A stretch of 24,000 nucleotides of DNA from positions 126,706-150,705 of the forward strand of contig NZ_JBHTJN010000001.1 of assembly GCF_042675725.1 (NCBI RefSeq), written 5' to 3'. The notes below the pieces were generated by a model. The model was not told the origin of the DNA and made no database searches. It saw only the letters and a list, made by a program, of their open reading frames with translations. A program made the translations under genes and the position numbers. Source of the DNA: Seminibacterium arietis. GTDB lineage: Bacteria; Pseudomonadota; Gammaproteobacteria; Enterobacterales; Pasteurellaceae. Positions 9,208 to 16,754 of the stretch are shown in pieces. How positions within the stretch are numbered: the stretch's first letter is position 1; every line of letters starts with the position of its first letter.

Positions 9208-10914
9208 TTATTGTTCTAAAATTGTTGGATAGAGCCAAATATTTATTGCATCATTAGCTAATTGCTTAGCTCTTTTTTGAATATGTTGTTTATTCCATTC
9301 AGTAAGGGTTGGATCTCTAAAATAACTATTTAACATTAATGGGCTATATCTTAATCCTTTTTCTGGAAGATATAATTTTTTATTAAATAATTCATTGCTA
9401 TATTCAGCATTATATTCTGTTAAAGTTAAGTTCCCTAAGGTATGTAGCATTTCTGTATGCAAACTTTCCCATTCTTCACCTAATTCTAATTTCCATTCTT
9501 CGGATAAAGTTTGTGGCATAATATGCTCGATAGTATACTCTTCATTAAATCTGAATTTTCCTTTATGCCTTTTAGCATTTTCTAGAGAGATTAAAAGATA
9601 TTTGCTATAGTAAAAATTATATACATTTTTTTGGCATATTCTTATCTCAAATTCATCATTCTTAGGAAAACGTCTATAATCGTCTAAACTGGTAAATTTT
9701 TCTTTAACGCTCTTAAGGTAATCTTTTTTATTTATATCTTTAATAAATGTAGAAAATGTTTTATTTAAGGAATTAGTTGGAATCTCACAAATAGAACGCC
9801 TAAAAATATAGGATTCTATAAGTTTAACTACTTCGCAAAATTCGTTTTCTTTTAAAATCCCATTCACAAAATCATTATATAACTCTAATAGAAGAGGGTA
9901 TGCTACATCAGCTTGTAGTTCTCTAAAACTTTCGAAGGATTTATTTAAGCTCTCTGTGCTATATTGATTCTGATTTCCAAAGAAAATATCACAAAAATAA
10001 GTAGAATAATTATAAAGATCAATCACTAAATCTTTTATTGATTTATTACTTGCTTTTTTGTATGTTTTATAGGAATCATATATATCATCAAATCTTGGTA
10101 TAGATTTGTTTTTCATTGTTAGATAATGTCTTACGAAAGCATTAAATATTGGTTCATATTGTTTTTGCCCAAATAACAATTCCATTTTACGCCAATAATC
10201 AATATAAAGTTCTTTTTGCTGTTTCTCTTCTAGTCCCATTAAAATAAAGTTTCTGATAAGATCAACTTGACTTAATTCTTTACCTGTAGAGTTCATACTT
10301 TCAAAAATCAATTGTGGATTATCTTTTCCTCGAGTTAAAGATACATCTACAACTATCAATTTATTAATACCATTCCAAATTTTAAATATTTTATTATCAC
10401 TATATTTTTTAAGTTCATCAACAAAATAATTAAAGTTATTCTTGATATTAATTGAGTATGATTTTGGAAGTTCTTTCTGTTTTAATAAAGCCAATAAACT
10501 ATCTTTATCTGTTTCTGTTAGCAATAATTTGAACTCTTGTTCATCATCTTCACTAGGGTTTAAAAGATAGCGATTTCTGAGTTTATCAGCTGACATATTG
10601 TCAATTTCTATTTTACGGCTGTCTAATTCACGAGCAAATGCTTCAAGTAATAAAAATAGTGTAGTGAGTCTTTGTTGCCCATCAATAACTAGCATAGCAG
10701 TATTGGCACTAATTTGGTAAGTATCTTGTTCAATATATACTACTGAGCCTATAAAATGAGAAGATATATTTTCATTTTCACCAGCCTCATTAATATCTTT
10801 CCATATTTGCTCACATTGCTCTAAATGCCAAGAATATGTACGCTGATAAATGGGGATAATAAACTGTGTTGTTTTTCTTAAGAAATTCAAAAAGTTAGTT
10901 TCACTAGCTTTCAT
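9208..10914 (-). CDS. DUF262/DUF1524 two-domain protein, GmrSD-family (type IV, modification-dependent restriction-like NTPase-nuclease)
   Basis: The N-terminal DUF262 (ParB/Srx-like) motifs are IIPIYQRTYSW, DGQQRLTT (nt 10669-10683) and IFESMNSTGKELSQVDLIRNF. The C-terminal DUF1524 His-Me-finger motifs are YTIEHIMPQ and LHTLGNLTLTEYNAEYSN. GAGGA lies 10 nt before the ATG. The gene is very AT-rich: hand counts of 60-nt lines give about 20-27% GC. Confidence 0.8.
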   Translation of the reverse strand: MKASETNFLNFLRKTTQFIIPIYQRTYSWHLEQCEQIWKDINEAGENENISSHFIGSVVYIEQDTYQISANTAMLVIDGQQRLTTLFLLLEAFARELDSRKIEIDNMSADKLRNRYLLNPSEDDEQEFKLLLTETDKDSLLALLKQKELPKSYSINIKNNFNYFVDELKKYSDNKIFKIWNGINKLIVVDVSLTRGKDNPQLIFESMNSTGKELSQVDLIRNFILMGLEEKQQKELYIDYWRKMELLFGQKQYEPIFNAFVRHYLTMKNKSIPRFDDIYDSYKTYKKASNKSIKDLVIDLYNYSTYFCDIFFGNQNQYSTESLNKSFESFRELQADVAYPLLLELYNDFVNGILKENEFCEVVKLIESYIFRRSICEIPTNSLNKTFSTFIKDINKKDYLKSVKEKFTSLDDYRRFPKNDEFEIRICQKNVYNFYYSKYLLISLENAKRHKGKFRFNEEYTIEHIMPQTLSEEWKLELGEEWESLHTEMLHTLGNLTLTEYNAEYSNELFNKKLYLPEKGLRYSPLMLNSYFRDPTLTEWNKQHIQKRAKQLANDAINIWLYPTILEQ

Positions 10915-10964
10915 AAAATTATTTTCCTCAAAATAAGTATTTTATAAACTTTTCTAAAAATCCA

Positions 10965-11143
10965 ACCGCTTGTATTCCAACGCTAAAAGTTCTTCAAGCA
11001 AGCTTTCCTCCCATGACGCTCGTCTCTGACGAGTGCCTATTTATTTCAGCACCCGCCAAAGACGGACGCTATCAATTTATGTTTTACAAGCGGTTTATTT
11101 TGAATAATTTTTTGCAAATTTTCCAAAAAATCTGACCGTTTGT
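10965..11143. repeat. cluster of three Apl-dialect uptake signal sequence cores (ACAAGCGGT type)
   Basis: ACCGCTTGT at 10965-10973 and ACAAGCGGT at 11086-11094 are both exact. ACCGTTTGT at 11135-11143 has one mismatch and abuts the fic stop codon. Copies 11086 and 11135 are inverted relative to each other, each has a flanking A/T run, and they could form a long-loop hairpin behind fic. I saw no other copy of this 9-mer in the window. Confidence 0.55.
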
Positions 11144-11893
11144 TTATCGCTGCTCCAAAATCCCCAAATATCTTTCCAACTCAGCTAATTCATACTGACT
11201 AATCAACTCAACTAAACTACCAATATCTTGCTGATTTTTATAGAAATCATCAAAACATTGGTAATATTGTGCTCGATTGGTAAATTTTATATCTACAGGC
11301 AAATAGCCGTGTTTTAGTAATTCAAAATTGATGAGCAACCGCCCAGTTCGTCCGTTGCCGTCAATAAAAGGGTGAATGCTTTCAAAAGCTAAATGCAACC
11401 AACTAATCGCCTCTATCGGGTGAAGTGCGGTCAGTTTTTGTTGGTATTTTTCGATTAATGACTGCATTTCTTCGGCAATTAAATAAGGCGGTGGCGGTTC
11501 GTTTTCTGCTCCTAAAATCCGTACTGGAATTTTGCGATAAACGCCTCGGTTTTCAGCACTATTCATTAGAACCAATGAATGAATATCTTTAATCGCCCGC
11601 TCGCTTAATGACTCATTATTTGCTACTAGCTCATAAATATAGTTAAAGGCATCTTTAAAGCCGATAATATCCAAATGTTCTCGCAGTAGCTTTTCCGCAA
11701 TCGTCATTCCCTCTTTTAAAATCAGCACGGTTTCACGCAGAGTGATAGTATTGCCTTCAATCGCGTTGGAATTATAACTACTTTCAATAATAAACTCTTC
11801 CCGTAAGCGTTTCACTTCGAGTTCGGAAAGCGGGCGATATTGCATAAGCTGATTTTTTAACTGTTCAATTTGTGTTAATTTGTGACTATTCAT
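11144..11893 (-). CDS. fic: Fic-domain protein, class II (intramolecular inhibitory helix); putative AMP-transferase
   Basis: The canonical Fic motif HPFIDGNGRTGR is at residues 174-185 (nt 11339-11374). The inhibitory motif (S/T)xxxE(G/N) = SNAIEG is at residues 42-47 (nt 11753-11770), N-terminal to the core, as in class II Fic proteins. Confidence 0.9.
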   Translation of the reverse strand: MNSHKLTQIEQLKNQLMQYRPLSELEVKRLREEFIIESSYNSNAIEGNTITLRETVLILKEGMTIAEKLLREHLDIIGFKDAFNYIYELVANNESLSERAIKDIHSLVLMNSAENRGVYRKIPVRILGAENEPPPPYLIAEEMQSLIEKYQQKLTALHPIEAISWLHLAFESIHPFIDGNGRTGRLLINFELLKHGYLPVDIKFTNRAQYYQCFDDFYKNQQDIGSLVELISQYELAELERYLGILEQR

Positions 11894-11940
11894 TTTTAAA
11901 TGCTATACTTAACTCTGCACTTTATGCTTATTATTTGCCT

Positions 11941-11968
11941 ATAGTAAAATATTGTTATCTCCTATCAA
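11941..11968 (-). promoter_or_regulatory. candidate sigma-70 promoter for fic
   Basis: On the minus strand, TTGATA (11968-11963), a 16-nt spacer and TACTAT (11946-11941) lie in the 84-nt gap between the holC stop and the fic start. This is a sequence match only. Confidence 0.35.
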
Positions 11969-11977
11969 TACTACATT

Positions 11978-12421
11978 TTACCCTTGCTCTGTACTCAGCT
12001 GCCAACCCATTTGACGATATTGTTTGTAACGTTCTCTAGCTTGTGCTTTTTCAGCCTCATTTACAGGAACAAAATCAATAAGATGGTTAAAACTAGATAC
12101 AAATTCAGGGACTGTTTGTTGTAAATTAATGAGCAAATCACGGCGTTGTGCGTTGCGTTTTTCACCCCATGTAATTTCAATTGGAGTAATAAATTTAGTA
12201 ATTTCCCCTGATAAATTATGCGGTACAAACTCTTCTGGATCACGTTGCCATAGGGCTTCATCTAAATTGAGTGCTTGATTTTCATTATCACAGACAATCA
12301 GTACATATTTGCCTAAACGCCATGCTTGTGCAGCTAGATCACAAGCTAACACTTCTACGGCGGAAAGAAGAGATTGAGGCTGTGTTTTTTCGATAATGTA
12401 AAATTGAGCTTGTTTAGTCAT
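11978..12421 (-). CDS. holC: DNA polymerase III chi subunit
   Basis: 147 aa. The N-terminus (QFYIIEK...LACDLAAQAWRLGKYVLIVCDNENQALNLDEALW) is typical of HolC. It is normally the immediate upstream neighbour of valS in E. coli. Confidence 0.85.
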   Translation of the reverse strand: MTKQAQFYIIEKTQPQSLLSAVEVLACDLAAQAWRLGKYVLIVCDNENQALNLDEALWQRDPEEFVPHNLSGEITKFITPIEITWGEKRNAQRRDLLINLQQTVPEFVSSFNHLIDFVPVNEAEKAQARERYKQYRQMGWQLSTEQG

Positions 12422-12673
12422 TTTAGCTTTTAGCCAATAATTCGGTTATTAATAAATTTGAAATCTATAAACGTTTAATTTTATCTAAAATCATAACAAT
12501 ATAAAATATAAATTGTGAATCTTAATGAAAAAAAGTTACTAAAATTAAACCGCTCTTTTTAAAGCGTGATCTGGTTCTCAAAAAATTAATTTTTACTTTT
12601 TACAACATTCCATTTAAAAGTTCAAAGTGCTAAACTGCGGTTATTTTCTATAAAATTTAGAGGAGTAATTACG

Positions 12674-14068
12674 ATGGAATTTCGTATCGAAAAAGACACT
12701 ATGGGTGAAGTTAAAGTGCCTGCGGATAAATATTGGGCAGCACAAACTGAGCGTTCTCGCAATAATTTTAAAATTGGTCCTGAGGCTTCAATGCCAAAAG
12801 AAATCATTGAAGCTTTCGGCTTTTTAAAAAAAGCTGCTGCCTTTGCAAACCATGATCTTGGGGTATTACCTGTAGAAAAACGAGATTTAATTGCTAAAGC
12901 TTGTGATGAAATTTTGGCAAATAAACTAGATGATCAATTTCCACTAGTAATTTGGCAAACTGGCTCAGGCACACAATCAAATATGAATGTTAATGAAGTT
13001 ATTTCTAATCGCTCTCATGTGTTAAATGGTGGAAAGCTTGGCGAAAAATCTATTATTCACCCTAATGATGATGTTAATAAATCACAATCGTCTAATGATA
13101 CTTATCCTACAGCAATGCATATAGCAGCCTATAAGAAAGTGGTAGAAGTGACAATTCCTTGTGTGGAACGTTTACAAAAAACCTTCGCTGAAAAAGCACA
13201 GGCATTTAAAGATGTAGTAAAAATTGGTCGCACTCATTTAATGGATGCAACTCCATTAACACTTGGACAGGAATTTTCTGCTTATGCTGCTCAATTAGAT
13301 TTTGGTTTACGTGCATTAAAAAATACCCTACCTCATTTAGCTCAATTGGCATTAGGTGGTACTGCTGTAGGAACAGGGCTGAATACGCCTAAAGGCTATG
13401 ATGTGAAAGTTGCTGATTACATTTCCAAATTTACTGGTTTGCCATTTGTTACCGCAGAAAATAAATTTGAAGCGTTAGCAACACATGATGCCGTAGTAGA
13501 AACGCACGGAGCATTAAAGCAACTAGCTGTTTCACTGTACAAAATCGCTAATGATATTCGTTTATTGGCATCAGGACCACGTTCTGGTATTGGTGAAATT
13601 TTGATTCCAGAAAATGAACCAGGATCATCAATTATGCCAGGCAAAGTTAATCCGACACAATGTGAGGCTTTAACTATGGTTTGTGCTCAAGTAATGGGAA
13701 ATGATACAACTATTTCTTTTGCTGGTTCACAAGGACATTTTCAGTTGAACGTATTTAAACCTGTTATGGCAGCAAATTTCTTACAATCAGCACAATTATT
13801 AGCAGATGCGTGTGTATCTTTTAATGAACACTGTGCAGTTGGTATTCAACCTAATTTTTCACGGATTAAAATGCAGTTGGATAATTCTTTGATGTTAGTA
13901 ACCGCACTTAACACTCATATTGGTTATGAAAATGCAGCTAAAATTGCCAAAACAGCACATAAAAATGGTACTACGCTCAAAGAAGAAGCAATCAATTTAG
14001 GATTATTGACCGCAGAACAATTTGAACAATGGGTTCGTCCTGAAGATATGATTGGCAGTTTAAAATAA
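12674..14068 (+). CDS. fumC: class II fumarate hydratase
   Basis: 464 aa, with AGGAG SD at 12661-12665. The fumarate lyase signature [16 protein letters not shown] is present, and the protein is collinear with FumC ([28 protein letters not shown]). Confidence 0.95.
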   Translation: MEFRIEKDTMGEVKVPADKYWAAQTERSRNNFKIGPEASMPKEIIEAFGFLKKAAAFANHDLGVLPVEKRDLIAKACDEILANKLDDQFPLVIWQTGSGTQSNMNVNEVISNRSHVLNGGKLGEKSIIHPNDDVNKSQSSNDTYPTAMHIAAYKKVVEVTIPCVERLQKTFAEKAQAFKDVVKIGRTHLMDATPLTLGQEFSAYAAQLDFGLRALKNTLPHLAQLALGGTAVGTGLNTPKGYDVKVADYISKFTGLPFVTAENKFEALATHDAVVETHGALKQLAVSLYKIANDIRLLASGPRSGIGEILIPENEPGSSIMPGKVNPTQCEALTMVCAQVMGNDTTISFAGSQGHFQLNVFKPVMAANFLQSAQLLADACVSFNEHCAVGIQPNFSRIKMQLDNSLMLVTALNTHIGYENAAKIAKTAHKNGTTLKEEAINLGLLTAEQFEQWVRPEDMIGSLK

Positions 14069-14099
14069 CGTAATATAAATTAAAAAATGATCGCTAATA

Positions 14100-14126
14100 G
14101 GCGAGAGTTATTTCTCGCCTTTTTTA
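14100..14126 (+). terminator. rho-independent terminator of fumC
   Basis: Stem GGCGAGA (14100-14106) pairs with TCTCGCC (14113-14119), followed by a T7 run. Confidence 0.7.
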
Positions 14127-14171
14127 GTTTTTGCTATATAATTCGCCAATTATTATCAGAGTGGGAATTTT

Positions 14172-14783
14172 ATGAAATTTAAAGGTTGTTTGTTTTTCAT
14201 TTTTTATTTGTTTTCGACCGCTCTTTTAGCAAAGTGGCAACAAGTAGGAAATGCAGATTATAATTGGGGACCTTTTCAGGTTTATACTGTTAGTCTTTAT
14301 ACAGAGAACGGCGAATATGAAGATAACCAGACCCCTTTAATGATTTCATTTAAATATGATAAACCGATTGAAGGGAAAAATTTTGCGATCAGTTTAATTA
14401 AAGAAATTGATGCTTTACAGCTAAGTGAAAACAAAGAGCAATGGTTGACTGAATTACAGGCTATTTTGCCAGATTTCTCACCAAACGACGTATTAACTTA
14501 CATTGCGTTGGATAGCAAAGGTTATTTTATTTTAAATGATGCCGTTTTAGAGCATGAATTTGATGCTGAGTTTAATCAAGCTTTTATTTCCATTTGGCTT
14601 TCTGATAAGAGTGTTTTTTCTCAATTACAAAAGCCTTTATTAGGAAAAGATAAAATGCCTCATAACTTAGAGGAAAGATTGCTACCACTCCCGAAAGTTA
14701 AAATTTTAGACGAAGAAGATGCAGATCCCCAATTACCTCCGCTGTTTAAGATAACAGAGGATCAAGCTAAATTGATGTGTTAA
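14172..14783 (+). CDS. hypothetical secreted/periplasmic protein (possibly chalcone-isomerase-like fold)
   Basis: It has an N-terminal signal peptide (MKFKGCLFFIFYLFSTALLA). The segment YNWGPFQVYTVSLY resembles the W-x-F-x-V-Y-x-x-x-L-Y start of bacterial chalcone-isomerase-like proteins, but that is a weak by-eye call. The C-terminal tail is acidic and Pro-rich. Coding status is fairly secure; function is not. Confidence 0.55.
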   Translation: MKFKGCLFFIFYLFSTALLAKWQQVGNADYNWGPFQVYTVSLYTENGEYEDNQTPLMISFKYDKPIEGKNFAISLIKEIDALQLSENKEQWLTELQAILPDFSPNDVLTYIALDSKGYFILNDAVLEHEFDAEFNQAFISIWLSDKSVFSQLQKPLLGKDKMPHNLEERLLPLPKVKILDEEDADPQLPPLFKITEDQAKLMC

Positions 14784-14786
14784 TGC

Positions 14787-15356
14787 TTATTGTGTCATTT
14801 TCCGTGCAGTTTTTAGAAATCCCTCAGCTGAATTGAACACGGCTTGTTTACCTTGAGCCGTCAAAATCATATCTGATAATTCACGAAATGCACCTTTGCC
14901 GCCTTGTTGAATTAACACAGAATCCACCGCACTTTTAATATAGTCTGCTGCATCAGCTACAGTAAAAGATAATTCGCAAATAGCGAAAGCAGGTAAATCT
15001 ACACTATCGTCCCCAATATAAGCTGTTTCTTCTGTACTCACTCCAGCACGCTTAATTAATTCTAAGCAGGCTGCTTCTTTTTCTAATTTGCCTAGAAAAA
15101 ATAGTTTAATCCCAAGATCTGCGATACGTTTACGTAAAATAGTAGAGTCTCTACCTGATAATACTGCTACTTGCACACCATTTTCCATTAACATTCTTAT
15201 GCCTAAACCATCTCTAGCATGAAAACTTTTCATTACTTCGCCATCTGCATTGTAGAAAAGTTGTCCATCTGTGAGAACGCCATCTACATCGGTGATTACC
15301 AATTTAATTTTTTTTAATTTTTCATTTAGACTCATATTATTAACTCGAAAATTCAA
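14787..15356 (-). CDS. kdsC: 3-deoxy-D-manno-octulosonate 8-phosphate phosphatase (HAD family)
   Basis: The HAD motif I is VITDVDGVLTDG. It also carries FHARDGLGIRML and YIGDDSVDLP, and is collinear with E. coli KdsC. An alternative start at 15335 (MSLNEKL) would remove the 17-nt overlap with kdsD. Confidence 0.85.
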   Translation of the reverse strand: MNFRVNNMSLNEKLKKIKLVITDVDGVLTDGQLFYNADGEVMKSFHARDGLGIRMLMENGVQVAVLSGRDSTILRKRIADLGIKLFFLGKLEKEAACLELIKRAGVSTEETAYIGDDSVDLPAFAICELSFTVADAADYIKSAVDSVLIQQGGKGAFRELSDMILTAQGKQAVFNSAEGFLKTARKMTQ

Positions 15357-16275
15357 CTAAACCAACCGCAGTTCCATGATCATCAACGACAATTAAAGAG
15401 TGTATTTTATGAGCTTTCATAAATTGCTCAGCCTCTGATAAATAGGCATCAGCGTGAATAGTTTTTGGATTAGAGGTCATTAGATCTTTTGCACATTGCT
15501 TTAATGTATTTTCACCTTTAGCTGTTAATGCTCGTCGAATATCACCATCCGTGATAATTCCTTTAAGCTGTTGATTTTCCATTACTAAAGCAACTCCCAT
15601 TCGCCCCTCATTCATAATCGATACACAGTCTGTAAAATTGGTATCAAGAGCAGTAATAGGAAGTGCTGTTTTCATTTGATCTTTGACTTTACACAATAAG
15701 CGACGACCAAGACTCCCTCCTGGATGAAATTTAGCGAAATCCGCAGGACGAAAATCACGAGCTTTAATCAATGCCACAGCTAAAGCATCTCCTAATGCAA
15801 GAGTGACTAATGCAGAAGTTGTTGGTGCAAGATTATTGGGGCAAACTTCGCGCTCAACACTAATATTTAAAAAATAATCAGCATGCTTAGCGAGAGTAGA
15901 ATTTGGATTACTAGTTAATGCGATGATTTTATTGCCAAAATTTTTTAAACTTGGAATTAATTTATTAACATCATCTGTTTCACCACTATAAGAAATCAAC
16001 ATGACTATATCAATTGATTTCAACATTCCTAAGTCACCGTGGAATGCCTCTGTAGGATGTAGAAAAAAACTTGGCGTACCTGTAGAAGCAAAAGTTGCTA
16101 CCATTTTATGACCAATTAGCCCAGATTTACCTATGCCACTGATAACTAAACGACCCTCACAATTCAAAATTAGCTCTACAACTTGATTAAAATTAAGATC
16201 TAAATTTTCACTCAGCACGTTAAGTGCTTGTTGCTCCATATTTAGTGTATCACGAGCGATATTTAAGTAGTCCAT
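15340..16275 (-). CDS. kdsD: arabinose-5-phosphate isomerase (SIS domain + tandem CBS domains)
   Basis: The SIS motif is VISGIGKSGLIGHKMVATFASTGTPSFF, with a C-terminal CBS pair (..IITDGDIRRAL.., ..HSLIVVDDHG..). The kdsD-kdsC order matches E. coli. Confidence 0.9.
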   Translation of the reverse strand: MDYLNIARDTLNMEQQALNVLSENLDLNFNQVVELILNCEGRLVISGIGKSGLIGHKMVATFASTGTPSFFLHPTEAFHGDLGMLKSIDIVMLISYSGETDDVNKLIPSLKNFGNKIIALTSNPNSTLAKHADYFLNISVEREVCPNNLAPTTSALVTLALGDALAVALIKARDFRPADFAKFHPGGSLGRRLLCKVKDQMKTALPITALDTNFTDCVSIMNEGRMGVALVMENQQLKGIITDGDIRRALTAKGENTLKQCAKDLMTSNPKTIHADAYLSEAEQFMKAHKIHSLIVVDDHGTAVGLVEFSS

Positions 16276-16364
16276 AATATATTCCTAATCAGAAAAGTGC
16301 GGTCATTTTATCGTAAGATTGTATTTAACTCTATATTTTATTATGAGTTTCCGCTATACTAGGT

Positions 16365-16754
16365 GCTGAGTCAGTTAGACAATCGCTGGTTTACTGAAGC
16401 CCTTAACCGCCTAAAGGCAAACTAGTGGGACAAGTAAACGAGAGGAAAGTCCGGGCTACACAGGGCAGAGTGCCAGATAACGTCTGGGAGGCGTGAGCCT
16501 ACGACAAGTGCAACAGAGAGCAGACCGCCGATGATTCGCAAGAACACAGGTAAGGGTGAAAGGGTGTGGTAAAAGCACACCGCGTAAATGGTAACATTTT
16601 ACGGCAAGGTAAACTCCACTCGTAGCAAGACCAAATAGGAACTCAATGAGTGGCCCGCTCAGAGTTCGGGTAGGTTGCTTGAGCATTTGTGCAAACAAAT
16701 GCCTAGAGGAATGATTGTCCAAGACAGAACCCGGCTTATCGACTGACTCCAATT
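16365..16754 (+). ncRNA. rnpB: RNase P RNA (type A, M1 RNA)
   Basis: It aligns along its whole length with E. coli rnpB. Universally conserved blocks are present: GAGGAAAGTCCGGGCT (16450-16465), AGTGCAACAGAGAGCA, CAGGTAAGGGTGAAAGGGTG, GGTAAACTCCAC and ACAGAACCCGGCTTATCG (about 16725-16742). P1 pairs GAGTCAGT (16369-16376) with ACTGACTC (16742-16749). A TATACT -10 box at 16355-16360 fits the 5' end. The ends are good to about +/-5 nt. Confidence 0.9.

Noticed and set aside
6662-9219. Five ORFs inside or antisense to valS (6662-6937+, 7797-7982-, 7809-8060+, 8869-9219+, 8879-9076+).
   Set aside because: All are embedded in the 954-aa ValS frame. Four are antisense. 7797-7982 is on the same strand but out of frame. 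Their translations are low-complexity or Cys/Arg/Ser-rich, typical of shadow ORFs.
9208-10914. Phase-variable simple-sequence repeats in the restriction-like gene, as in many Haemophilus R-M genes.
   Set aside because: There are no tetranucleotide or pentanucleotide repeat tracts. The longest homopolymer seen is 7 nt (9626-9632), below the length usually associated with phase variation.
9208-11893. The idea that Fic and the DUF262/DUF1524 protein form a classical toxin-antitoxin pair.
   Set aside because: The Fic protein carries its own inhibitory helix (class II) and so needs no antitoxin. The genes are separated by 229 nt containing terminator-like USS pairs and a gene relic, and they differ sharply in composition. 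A looser functional link remains open (see findings).
12514-12530. CRP-like half-site TGTGA in the holC/fumC divergent region.
   Set aside because: The second half-site (ATGAA where TCACA is expected) is poor, so a single pentamer is not evidence. No convincing FNR, Fur or SoxS box was seen either.
16456-16752. 98-aa ORF on the minus strand.
   Set aside because: It lies entirely antisense to the RNase P RNA gene. The open frame is a by-product of the GC-rich structured RNA sequence, with no SD or start context.
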